Of a stretch of DNA of 64,000 nucleotides, positions 36,830 to 49,399 are shown one piece after another. The translations under genes were made by a program, and so were the position numbers. The DNA lies in the NCBI GenBank assembly GCA_024679065.1, contig JAGIQG010000005.1, positions 122,140,001-122,204,000 of the forward strand, written 5' to 3'. Each line of letters begins with the position of its first letter. The first letter of the stretch is position 1. The notes beneath the pieces were generated by a model. That model searched no databases. It saw only the letters and a list, made by a program, of their open reading frames with translations, and was not told where the DNA came from. The stretch comes from Sphyrna mokarran. Taxonomy: Eukaryota.

Positions 36830-37630
36830 ACTCGAAATGGAAGTGATGTCTCACAAGAATCTATACTAGGGCCTTCATCTATTCACTACGTTTATTAATG
36901 ATATAGAGAACACAAGAGAGAGTCATAGGTCCAAGTTTGTCAATCACACAATGACCACTGGTAGGTAAGTAATGTAAATAGGTGCTTAAAATTGCAGACA
37001 TATTATTAAATTACATTAAGTGCAAAAACTGTGGTAGATGGATTTCACTGCAGGTAAGTGTGAGTCATCCATTCTGAAGCAAAAGAGGATGGACCCAAGT
37101 AAAGCAATCAGAAAGGCAGTGGAAAGTTAGCTTTGTATCCATAGGGCTAGAATATGAAGTGATAGAAATTTTGCTATAGTTATACAAAACCCTGATTAGA
37201 CCTGGAATACTATAACTTAGAAAGGATGTACCCACCACAAAAGAATGAAGCAGTGTATTACCAATGTTTCAAGGGAGAGAATTGCATAAAACATGCATTC
37301 CCTAGATTAACGGCTAATTTGATTGACATTTTTGAGTTTTGAAAGTAATAATTGACACGGGGGGAGTGTTTAGATCAAAGCGACAACCTTAAAATCAGAG
37401 GCTATTCAGGAGGCAAGTTAGAAAATATTTCTTCATGCAGAGGAAGTAGTTTGGATAACTCTCCCACAAAAAGCAGTGGAAGCTCATTCAGTTTTAAATC
37501 AGACTTTGTGACTTTTGGTATCAAGGGATATGGAACCAAGATAAACGGATGGAGTTAGGATGCAGATTATTCATGATCTCACTGAATGGCAGAATCCAAG
37601 GAGCTCAATGGCTTATTCCTGCCATTTCTA
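36830..37630 (+). mobile_element. Old CR1 LINE fragment
   Basis: Degenerate LGPSSIHY / LYKTLIRP motifs and CR1 tail. Confidence 0.65.
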
Positions 37631-37714
37631 TAAACAGGATGCAAGTAACTCTGTATGCAAACTGCAGGAATTATAATGTACGAATATAACAGCTGACAAT
37701 GTAGCCATACGCAC

Positions 37715-37836
37715 CATATGAATCGTAGGGATCAATGTTAGGATTGGGAGCATTCCAGCACTGGATTAACCCATCAGAACCGCCACTGAAACACTGTTCT
37801 CCACTGGTGCTCATCACAACACACAGCACTGGGCCT
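37715..37836 (-). CDS. STRN: Striatin exon 13
   Basis: GPVLCVVMSTSGEQCFSGGSDGLIQCWNAPNPNIDPYDSY; tag / gtgcgt; 122 nt. Confidence 0.97.
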
Positions 37837-37934
37837 CTATCCAACACAAGGGAAACAAATGTAAACCTCTCTCATCCACTATATAACATGAGCAGAGTAT
37901 TGCATACTGTATGGAACAGATTACTCAGGCCTAC

Positions 37935-37982
37935 CTGTGAGCCCTGAATGTATATATCGGTTCTACATCCAATGAGGTACTC
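37935..37982 (-). CDS. STRN: Striatin exon 12
   Basis: STSLDVEPIYTFRAH(R); cag / gtagg; 48 nt; followed by a 98-nt intron. Confidence 0.97.
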
Positions 37983-39822
37983 CTGTGGAATAAAAACAAC
38001 TGTTAACTTTGCCAATATATCCTACAACATGTGTTTTAGAAGTCTTAACTCCAAACAGATGCCTGGATGAAGCATTCTTAGTTTGAAGTGCACCTTCATT
38101 GGAACAAAATATACAAGTCTTAACTGCAAGTTATAGTTTGACTTTGTGACATGTTCATCTTTTCTTGCCTAATGAATCAGGCCAATAACTATTCACATAA
38201 TGGAAACCATAATTTCTTTTTGTTGCTTTCAAGCTCCAAATATTCTTCCATACACTGCCTTCTTTCTCCTGAGTGTTGAAATCACCATTTCCTCAGATTT
38301 TCAAGGATTTCAATCTTTCAGCCCTTGTACAGTTACTTGGCTTTTAAAAATGTTGACCTCAAGCAGAGTTTATTTCCAGTTTTGTAGAATAAACTATGTC
38401 AAATTGCAAGAGACAACTGCAGCTGATCAATTTATCAGAGTAATACTTTGCAAACAATTCAAGAGACAAGCAACTGCGTAAAAATTGTGCAAAGCAAAAC
38501 TCATCACCACCATTCCAGCCTGTTCATACCATGAGCCACAGCTCTTCCAGCATTCAACCCACTAACTTCCCCAGCTTCATCCTGCAGAATTTTCAACACA
38601 TCCAGCACTCAGTCCTCCACATTTTGAAAAATGTAACCAATTACAAATCATCTCAAACTCTGTCCTTCTTAACTTTCTATTTCAGCTTTTATTCTTTTCC
38701 ATCTTGATTGTTTTTTGCACAATTCCCAAGCCCCTTATTGTAGTTTCACTGCCTTGCACTAAAATCAGTTATGGAGGGATTCAACATTGAATAGCTCAAT
38801 GGCCATTTATGCAAGTCCAATGTCATTTTCTGCTTCAAGTGTCAGGATTTCTGAAATCTGGACTGAAAATCTAATTCTGAAAACAACATGTTTCAGGTAA
38901 ATGCCATTCTATTCTGAAAATCATCCATGTAAAAGGTAGATGACATGATTTATGTGGCATACGAAAGCAGTTTTATTCAAATTAAAACAATGAATTGCAA
39001 CAGTGAGGGAAGACATCATCTTGGCATTCTAGAGATAGAAACAGCTAATTTCAAATTTGAAATAAAATCAAAAATAGTTTTCTAAATCTTAATCAGACTT
39101 GTCAACATCTGAAGAGAGAAATGGCTATTTAATGTTTTGGGAAATACCTGGCTGGTTGTAATTAAGGGTCCATCCGAGGAAAGATTCAGAAAATCTTTGC
39201 TTTGAGTACAGCAACAAGCACAAAGAATTTTATGCAATATTTGAAATGAAATTATAATGTTAAGAAAGGAGCTGCCCCATCCTTTCCTGTCCAAGTTGCT
39301 CTTCAATCTTGTCCTCAATGATCTCCACTAGCTCCTTGACTCTTAACAAATTTCTCGCACCAATTCTTAAATGATGTATTTTCACACTATTCTTTTCAAG
39401 CACCGTGCCTCAGCTCTCATCCTGTAATTCCAATTCTTCAGACTACTACTGGTGACACACCAATTCATCAAAACCATGCACCCTGGAATTGTACTCCTCA
39501 ACTCTTCAGTCTGTACCTCAATCCTCTTTCATCATAATTGTTATCTCCCATAACAGTTACTGGGGGCCTTGACTTTCTAACCTTCCCATTCTGCCCTTGT
39601 ACAATATTTTTACTATGAAGCACCTCATAGTAAAAGTATTACATAAGGGCACATTCTTACTACTTCTTGGACTTGCTAAAATATGTCAACATAGCCACAG
39701 TGTCAACAGACAAGCCATGTTACAATGATGTCACAACTCTAGAGGATTCCAATATTTTCCAGAGTACAATCTATGAGAATTGGTTGCCCTTCTGTACTCT
39801 GATTTAAATTTATTAATGGCAA

Positions 39823-41075
39823 CAATTCTAATATGATATGAAGATTGAAGGAGACGTGGATGATTATTTGAGGTGGAGAGACCGGGTTGACTTGGCTTGT
39901 ATTCACTAGAGTTAAGAATGAATGGGGATGTCATCGATGAAATCTCTCCTTGTACGACAATCATCTGCCTCTGTGCAAACTCCCTCCCCACAAACAAATT
40001 CTGACATGGCTGGATAGACTGGACAGACTGGATAGAGATGTTGTTTCCTTTGGCTGGTGGAAGGGGCAGGGGTGTTTTTATGATTTTTGAATGATTAGTA
40101 ATAGTCCAAATATTAATACAGAAACTCAAATTCACTCAGCGACTTAAACACTTTATACATCAAAAAATATTAAGAATGTATTGTGTTCTTCATCATACTT
40201 TTTTGCTGGAGCAGTCTTTTGTAAATTCCATAACTTCACAGTGTGATCTTCAGAGGCAGTTACCAAAACAGGTTCAACTGGATGAAAAGCAAGGCCTCTT
40301 ATTCCATCAAAATGGCTCCGTAATGTGAATTTAGGATTCCAAGTCTTTCTTAATGCATCTTTATTATTAGTAATCTGTAAAACCCCAAAAACATTTCAGA
40401 AAGTAGTTAGAGAAATACATACAAGCTCCCAAACATTGGTGTAATTAGGATTTTCATTTTAATCCTTAATTTTTTAAAAATGCAATAAAATAACACAGGA
40501 GTATTCGGTCTAGTGCGCCAGCTTTTTGAAAGACCTGAACAATTAGTTTTAATCCCTTGTTCTTGCCTCAGCTCTGCAATTTTTCTTCTTTTCAATATTA
40601 TGTCCAATTTTCTATAGAGAACCATTACTTAGTCTGCTTTCACCAACCTTTCAGGCAGTGCATTCCGGATCATCATAACTTGCTGAATAAAAATTATTTT
40701 CAACCTTTTTTTGTTAATTGTCTTATATATTTGTCCGCTGATTACCATTCTCCCTGTCACTAGAAATATTTTCTCCTTGCTTTATCAAGATTCCTTTTAA
40801 TAACTTTTTTCGTTGTATGAGATCAATGATCAATTTCTAATGAAGATTGAAGGAGAGAATTTACATAAGACATGGATGATTATGAGGTGGAGAGACCAGG
40901 TTGACTCGGCTTGTATTCATTAGAGTTTAGAAGAATGAATGGGGATCTCATCGATGCAATCTCTCCTTGTACAACAATCATCTGCCTCTAATGCGAACTC
41001 CCTCCCCACTGAAACATAAATTCTGACATGGCTGGACAGAAATGCTATTTCCTTTGGCTGGAGGAGGGGGCAGGG
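39823..41075 (+). repeat. ~240-bp direct repeat pair (39823-40073 / 40831-41075) of a CR1 fragment, bracketing STRN exon 11
   Basis: Both copies share the same 5' flank and the same non-CR1 internal insertion. Confidence 0.85.
40199..40374 (-). CDS. STRN: Striatin exon 11 (first WD40 repeat)
   Basis: ITNNKDALRKTWNPKFTLRSHFDGIRGLAFHPVEPVLVTASEDHTVKLWNLQKTAPAK(K); cag / gtatg; 176 nt. Confidence 0.97.
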
Positions 41076-41079
41076 AGGT

Positions 41080-41081
<2 letters not shown>

Positions 41082-41154
<73 letters not shown>
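41082..41154. repeat. (GT)n microsatellite
   Basis: Perfect dinucleotide run of about 36 units. Confidence 0.98.
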
Positions 41155-41155
<1 letters not shown>

Positions 41156-42064
41156 TGCGACGACAAGGAGTCACAATCTCAGGATGTGGGATAAACCATT
41201 TAGGACTGAAATTAGGAGTAATTTCTTCGCTCAGAGGATAAATTGTGGAATTGTGTCTTCCACATAAGGCTGTTGAGGTCAAATCACTGAATGCATTTTA
41301 AAAAAATGTTACACAATTTCCAGACACTAAAGGTGTTAAGGGGTACAAGAAGAGCGCGGGAGTACGGCATTGAAATAGAAAATCAATTATCACAGAATGG
41401 TGGAGCAGGCTGAATAGCCTACTTTAGCTCCTATTTTCAGTGTTCACCTAAGTTATTACTGTATTTTAGAGTTGCCTTATTGCATTTCTATTGTGTTGCT
41501 GTAAGCTAGCTGAACAATTTTGCACAAATCAGCAGACAACAGTAATTCAGAAGCAGTAAACACAGGCATTCATTGTACAAAATTTTTGAGAAAACAAATC
41601 GTTCCTAATCTAGGATTACTAAACTACGACATGTAACAATGACACCAGATATCATTACGCAAGCACTAAAATTAATACTAACACTCAGGAGTAATAACAG
41701 TTAAAATTCTGCTTGGAAAGGGAGGCTTTATACAAGTCATAATTCAGGGCAGGAAGAACCTAAATACAGTACAGAGAACATATGAAAGAAAAATATGCAA
41801 TGTTTGCAATGCATGCAGCATAGGACAAGAGGCAGATCGTAGAATAAATTTTTGTATAATGTGGAAGAACAAGGTTTACCAAATCGTGCCACAAAATGTT
41901 TACTATTTACCCGAGCACAGATGGGTGCTATATTTTAATATCCTGTCCAAAGGCTAGAACTTCATTTTTTCTAATCTTTAATATTTTTGTCCTATGTAAT
42001 CCATTCATTCCCAGCCTGCTCCAGATTGGTTTAATTTTCAACCCCCTGTTTGGTGATTGCTGGG

Positions 42065-42362
42065 AGTGGCACAGTGGTTAGCACAGCTACCTCACAGCAT
42101 CAGGTAACTGGGTTCAATTCTGGCCTCAGGTCACTATCTGTGGAATTTACACATTCTCCAGTGTTGGCTGGATTTCCTCCAGGTCCTCTGGTTTCCTTCC
42201 ACATTCCAAAGATGTGGGGATTACATTGATTGGCAATGCTAAACTGATCCCAGTGTCAGGGAGATTAACAAGATAAATGAGGGTTACGAGGATAGGGCCT
42301 AAATGTTGTCAGTACAAACTTGATGGGCTGACTGGCATCCATCTGCATTGTAGGGATTCTGT
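42065..42362 (+). mobile_element. HE1-like V-SINE
   Basis: TGGCACAGTGGTTAGCAC head, V core, CR1-type tail. Confidence 0.85.
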
Positions 42363-43392
42363 GAAAAAGCTGGCAAGAACTCAGTAATGATCATGTACAA
42401 GCTGCAGCCTACCAGCAAGGGGCCTGCACGTAGCTGAAACATCATTCACAGAGATAGCTGGCACGGTTTCATTAAAACTAATTATTGGTTGGTGCAGGTA
42501 AATATGGCTCCTTTGGCAGCTCTCTTGCTGCCCCTTATATATGTTTGTTGTAAAATGCAGAATCTGCTAATTAACTGAAACCTGAGTCCTTATTCATTAC
42601 CTGTCATCCATATTCCATTCCTTGGCAGCATTTCCCACTAGCATTCTAGATAATCTATTCAAACCGGTCCTTTTTAGAAACCAAGAACTTGTACCTTTAG
42701 CACCTCATTTTGTCCTCAGCGTATCGCATGTCATTTCACATCCAGTTAATTACTTTAGCAAAGTGCAGTATCATTGTTTTACAAGCAAAGAATGCTTATT
42801 TGCATGCCACCAAGCAAGGTCTCCAAAACAGCAAGTAAATGGTCAGTTGGTGTGTTTGTATTGGTGATAGAGAGCAATGTTGGCCAGTACTCCTGCGACA
42901 GCATCCTGCTGTTCTTTGCCTAGAGCAATAAAATATTTAACATTCAAAGAATAGATAGACCTCAGTGGAAGTCTGATCCAAAGAATGGTACCCTCATCAA
43001 GAGAGAACACACTCAGTGCGGCAATGATGTTCTAAGTTCTGGAAGAAGGCTTAAACCGAGATGAACATTACCAATTTAGCCAAGCCAGAAATTTTGATGT
43101 TATCCGGGTTATGAATTATACAGGTTGAGAATTTTAAATGTGTCTTACTGTATGGAACAAGATGCAATGCCAGAGTGGTAAGGAATAGATGCTTGCCTAT
43201 AATTTGCACAATGAAACACTACCCCAAGAAGAAACCAAGTGTTTTTTTAACGCTTCCTTGAAGATAATCACCCTTGGTCAATCTCATATTGACCGGTCAT
43301 AAAATTACACTCAGCAATTCTTGGCTGCACTAGAATTCTATTAATGACACCTACAAAACAGGTTTGATAAATTGATAGAAATTCTAACTTAC

Positions 43393-43529
43393 GTCATAAT
43401 TTAGAGGGTCTGCTTCATTAGCAACTGTGAGGCCTGCCAGTTCTCCAAGACCCAAAGCATTCTCCAGTGCTTCATTTGTACCCATGATAAAGGGCTTTCC
43501 TGCTCCCGGGGAAAAGGTCAATGCATCAA
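43393..43529 (-). CDS. STRN: Striatin exon 10
   Basis: (V)DALTFSPGAGKPFIMGTNEALENALGLGELAGLTVANEADPLNYD; tag / gtaag; 137 nt. Confidence 0.96.
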
Positions 43530-43683
43530 CTAGAAAGAACAGTATTTAAAAAGTGTTTACCTGGATCACCAAAAGTTTTAATTCAAATAAATTTAATTAA
43601 AAATGAGAATACTGTAAATAAAAACACACTGATTCATGAGTGCATAATATTTTCCCAAGATGTCCAGTTTTCCTCTCACCTAC

Positions 43684-43827
43684 CTTCTTCTGTCCTGCCA
43701 GCTTCATGCTCAGTCAGTCGTGTGGTAACTGGCCTTGGGGGTGAGTTTACTGAAGACTGCAGTGGGGGAAGCTCATCCACGTCTCTTAATGTAGCCAGCA
43801 TATCTTGCAACTTAGATCTGTTTGGCC
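43684..43827 (-). CDS. STRN: Striatin exon 9
   Basis: (R)PNRSKLQDMLATLRDVDELPPLQSSVNSPPRPVTTRLTEHEAGRTEE; cag / gtagg; 144 nt. PNRSKLQDMLA points to STRN rather than STRN3/4. Confidence 0.96.
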
Positions 43828-45704
43828 CTGTTAAGGAACAGAAATAGAGCTATAAGTAATGTTGGAGCTTGTATCCCTTTATTACTTATGAAAAGAATGA
43901 TTTATCTGCACATTTCCAAGTTTGCCGCCTTAAAATACTGATTCAAAGAGGAAAAATGATTCAAAGCAAAATAAGCATAAACAAAATGTCATGAAATTTT
44001 CTATTTCAACTAATTCCAATTATGTCAAATCTTGACCCAGAGATAGCTGCCTTCATTTTTGATTTGCACTTCTATCCATCTCTGAATAAATACTCTACCT
44101 AAGTAGGAAACAGGAACACCAAGCCTTCCAAAGATTGATGGCAGTTACTCTTCCACTACCTCTGTACATATAAAAGTCCTGTACACTGTTGAGTATATTA
44201 ATTTTGATGGAGACAACATGCAAAGCACGTACAGAAAACCAATAAACCTCCTTGCTTGCCTAATGATTACTGCACTGCAATTGTGTATTTGATCCATATC
44301 CGTGCTCACTTGTGAGGATATTTAAGGCTAAACATATGATCATGCCTAATTGCATAGTATGAATGATACTCCATGTTCAAGCACCTAAATTGAATTTTGA
44401 TCACGTATATAATGTTTTGACCACAGGATGACCCATTAATTAACATTTACATGGTAAGTGTTACCTCGTCGGTCAGGCCTGGATAATTGCTTGTCAACAC
44501 TAGCCTATATTTTGCAAAAACAGAAATCGAAAGAAGATAAATTTTTCCGATAAATTTCAGATATTGAATTGACACATTGATGGAAGTTTTGCCATCTGAC
44601 AAGCAGAAGAGTGGACACCAAAAAACATGACTACCCAATGTGAGTAACCCTACTTTTAAACTGCTCTAAAACAAAATAAACCGATCTCTAGGATAGGTTT
44701 CATGATGAGACGGATGATGAAGAGCTATTGATTAAAGTATTATGAAGTGAAGGACATTGTCACCATCCTGCCCAACACAGCATCTTTTTTGGTTTGGTTT
44801 TCAAATGTGTTAAGGTGCATTCTGCTCAGTGCTAAGTGGAAATTGAACAATTTTCTTTATTGATATTACTGGAACCAGAACTAAAATATCAGCAAGTAGT
44901 ACAAAAATGGAATAAATTAATTCTGCATTCCCTCGACTGCTTAAATAGAACTTTTCCATCCACTTCAGCATCCTTTTTAGATTTGATACCATTAGTTCAG
45001 CGCTTTGTCATCGATAGTTTAAACCTGCAATGAGAAGGGGCCAAGCACAGATCCAGAGCTTCATCCTTTTGAGTTCCAGAAATGTCTGTCTATCCCACAA
45101 ACTGAATGAGTCAAAGCACTCATGGGTTTGGGTACCTTGGATCAAGTCATTACCAAGATGAATTCTGTTTTCTATAATTTTGAATAGAGTGTTGATATTT
45201 TTGCAGAATATATGTAATAAATAGTCACATTACATAGTAATATTTTAAAGATATAGTTCCAGTCACAATATTGAAACTTATACTCCATAAGAAAACTTTC
45301 CCCTCCCAGTCACCCACCCGTGTTGAAATTGGAATAACCTCCAACCATGTTAATAACTGACCAAATAATTTTCCATTTTTTGTTCCTTTGCTTATCTTTC
45401 ATCTGTTCTGATGTTTGACTGCCCTTAAGTACACAAACCCAACATCTGTGACTTGAAATCGTTTCCATCTTATTCATTAAAAGGAAGAAATAAAAATTGC
45501 AAAATAAAGCAGCAGGCTAATACTGAAAGGAAAAAAATGAGCAGTTTTGAGCAGCAACTTCCAAAAAAAGTGAAACCAAGGAAGATCAAGAGTAGCTGAG
45601 AGTGAGCAGACGATTTTAAAAGGAAGAGTGTCTGGATACTTTTTTTTTGAAAGAGTGGTAAAAGAGGGTTTACGAAAAGTATACCAGATTTTATACGCAC
45701 TTAC

Positions 45705-45815
45705 TCTTCACCCCCTTTTTCCCCTTTCGCTCCTTTTTGTATTGCTCCTTGAGTTTGGTTAATAGTCCCTGGTCCACGTCCCAGCTCTCTGGTGTGGGAC
45801 ATGCATCTTCCTTGT
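45705..45815 (-). CDS. STRN: Striatin exon 8
   Basis: (D)KEDACPTPESWDVDQGLLTKLKEQYKKERKGKKGVK; tag / gtaag; 111 nt. Confidence 0.96.
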
Positions 45816-46829
45816 CTAAACACAGCACAGTGAAACAAATCAGAGATTGCTTTCTGGGACAATCCAACTCTTACACCACATGTAGGACAGTTCCAACATT
45901 TTCATTTAAAAACACAGCATCGTTGCAAACAACTCAGTCGCAAAGTGTAGCTAATATTAGAGCTAAACTGATATCTGGTTCCACAGGAACCTTCTCAGGA
46001 AGGCTTTATATTTGTTTCAATAGCCAAAATAAAATTCATCATAATCAAAAAGAAACAGTATTGTTATTGAGAATTCTCAATTTAAGATTAAATCATCAGG
46101 TACATCAAAACACAAATCTCAGATAACACATGTTGGCTATTCCAGGAACAAGGTAGCCAACGACACAAGTCGGGGAATGGGACTGTTATACGATCATGTC
46201 TAAACTCACTTATCAGATTTCAGACAGCAACTACGTGACTCAGCCTTTTACAAATCAATAGAAAAAAAAGTATACATGCAAGCACTTTTGATCATCTTGC
46301 AGGCACCGTTGCCATCCATAATACAGACTACAATGTTCTATGAAGCCTTCTCTACAGCATTACAAGCTAGATTGTAAACTCATGTTTACCATTTGCATAT
46401 TATTAGATCAAACTACTATCACATAGATGTTAGCAAGTGAAAGTCATCGATATGCCTTCTGGTCAGAATCAACATCCTGTAAAGGCAGATTGAAATACAG
46501 CCCTGTTTTAATCGTGGCTTCAATTCCCTTTCCCAGCAATTGGACACAGTTTACATAACTTCAATGAACCCCACATCGGGCTGACATGAAACATGAATGT
46601 TTGAAGATAATTCATTGATCACTGACTCAGTAAGATGAGCAGATGCCCCGCCATACAAGAAAAGGACAATCACAATCACAAGTGACTGCAGTAACTATTG
46701 AGGTATTTCCTTGTTAAGCATCATTATTTACATGTGTTGCCCTTGTCAGGCTGTAAGTTCTGGCTGAATGCGCTATCGCAGATCCAGATGTTTTGGTTTT
46801 AAAGCCTGAAAATCTACAATTCTCGTGAT

Positions 46830-48200
46830 CGTCTAACAACTGCAAGAGAAATGCCATGAACAAAGACCACAATATATTGCTTTCACTATTGCAGCAAGAC
46901 TTTCAACCGTATGAAATGGTCTATTGAAGCTGGAGAAAACTGGCTGCCTACCAGAGCAACTACTCAATATTATTGCCTCGTGACAACATGACAGGTAAAG
47001 TCAGCTATATAACAGGGCAAAATGCTATGAGATCACAGTGGGGTTGAACAGGCACGCATTAAGGGGCTGATATGCTTTGGCATGTTCTTCTCTTGGCTGC
47101 TGTCATGTCTTCAGCTCATCTACAGCAAGTCGCTGTTTACATACCAGAACTGATGGAAAGCTTTTCAGTCTTGCTCACCCGAGATCCAAGTCCTCATGTG
47201 TCACACTGATGATGCCACACTAATATACCATATCAAGGGACAAGTTCATGAGTCATTGGGTATAATCTCCTGGGTATCCATACCTCTACTACAGGGACAC
47301 CTGCAAGAGAATTATGTAGATGGCGGCTATTGACACTGACTGGGAGAGTTGCCAACTGCTGTGTCCTCTGGAAGCTGACTGCTCAGCCCACAGTCTTCCA
47401 TGCCAGAGTGTGGCTGCTGGCCTTTAACAAAGTTCACCATCTTGGCCTAAACCACTGTTTTATATGACTGAAGGCTGTCACAAAACAACCCATGTTGGAC
47501 TGACATACAACATAGATGTTTTAACGCAATATTCAATAACTCACCTTCAGCAGCAAATGGATTATCTCACACTTGGAAATTGTCTTCATGTTCAAATTGA
47601 ACTATGTTATACCACCATCTATCAGCACTGATTATGTGGCATGGGAGGTTGTTGATAGTACCACATATCTGGGCTCCACAAGCAGCAATCTGTTACTTGA
47701 TACAGAAATCAACACAACAGCTGCAGCTTTTGCCCGCTGTCTGTCCAAGCTGAGTAAAGGAGTGTGAAACAATGGCAAACTGACTGAGAACTTCAAACTG
47801 CAAGCCCACCAACCTGGCATCTTCAGCATGTTTCTCTACAGTGCTGAGACCTGCACAATGTATTCTAAACAGGAGAGAAGATTGAACAGTTTTCAGCTTC
47901 ACTGACTCAGGTGTATTCTCAACATCTCTTGGCAGGTTCAGGTCACCAACTCAGAGGTCCTAGAATGTGTTACTTCTATCAGCTTACACTCTTTGCAAAA
48001 CCAACAAGGTCTGCACTGGCCCAGCCACACTCATTAGGTGAATGACTACTGTACTTTAAATGATGAACAAGTCATTGGGTCAATCTCCTGGGTATCCATA
48101 TCTCTACTACAAAGACATCTGCAAGAGAATTATGTAGATGGTGGATATTGACACAGACAACTGGGAGAGTCATCAACTACTCTGGAGGCTGACTACTCTT
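46830..48200 (+). mobile_element. Decayed RTE-clade LINE
   Basis: LQEKCHEQ, YIPELMESF/YRTDGKLF-like, EVVDSTTYLGST, LYSAETCTMYSKQERRLNSF..LRCILNISWQVQVTNSEVLE. Confidence 0.8.
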
Positions 48201-49399
48201 CCATTCTGGAGTGTGGCTTCTGGCCTAAACCACTGTTTTATATGATAGAAGGCTGTCACAAAACAAGCCATGTTGGATTGACATACAACATGAATGTTTT
48301 AAGTTAACTCATTAATCAATGACTCAGTACGATCCCCCTTCTCGATCAGTTAATAGATCTGTGCATGCCCTCAAAGGAAATGCAAGCCTGAACCAACATT
48401 CCTGCTTTTTTGGATTGTGTAATCTCTTTTTTTTTTGTGTGGCTGTGAATATGCAACATTTTAAAGGAGCTGATTGCACCCAGCCTTGCAGGGGTTTTTA
48501 AGATTGCTGTACACCCAGAAGATAAAAGGGAATGTTGGATTCCACACCCCAAACTCAAAAGTCCCATGATCTACACAAGTGATTAATCACCAAGGTAGTC
48601 CAACTCACCCACATTTCACTTCTATGCTGATTCACACTTTTGCTACATCTGGTATGAAGCTCCACGATTCACCTTCAGCTGATACTATACTTCTTACATC
48701 TGCCTTCTTGATCACGATCGTTTAAGTCTCCAAATCACATTTCAAATCCTATTATCTACAAATACCTCCATGGCCTTGCCCAACTTCAGTTTCACAATCT
48801 TTTTCAGTCTCTTATGCTATCCAACGTCTTGCTATGTTCTAATTCCTACCTTTGCGCATTGCCACCCTCCACCACTGTCGGCAAAACAGTCGGCCATTTT
48901 GGCTCTTCTCTTGAACATTCTCACAGATTCCACACAAATATAGAAATCTTGCTGTTCCAGCACTAGCTGCATCTACTAGCCTTCCCTGACTTCCCTTCCC
49001 AAACAATGTATTTCAAAAATCTTTGTCTTCATTTATACATTATTCAAGGTCCCACCACAATTGCCTTCAGGGATATGCTCCTGCAAGCATCTTCTCATGA
49101 AACTTCCATGTCCTCGATATACTTCTTCCTCTGCTCCACCTTTAGATGTGGAGTGCTTTTCAGCCTCAATTCCTACTACCCCACTAAAATCAAAAATGTA
49201 ACCCCATTCTGCAGATACTTGACCAGTTCAACTTTAGATTTAAAATAAAAATTATTTAAAACTTAACATTTTGGGATTTCCATATATTCCCACCTATTAA
49301 ACAGTGTAAGAAGTTATCAGCTGTTATCTGAATCCATGCTTCACACCACCAGTGCTTTAGTGGATATGGTACTCAGACGATAAATTGTGCACTGCATCT

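Noticed and set aside
40920-41282. ORFs with (TH)n or (VC)n runs
   Set aside because: They are translations of the (GT)n microsatellite and CR1 pieces.
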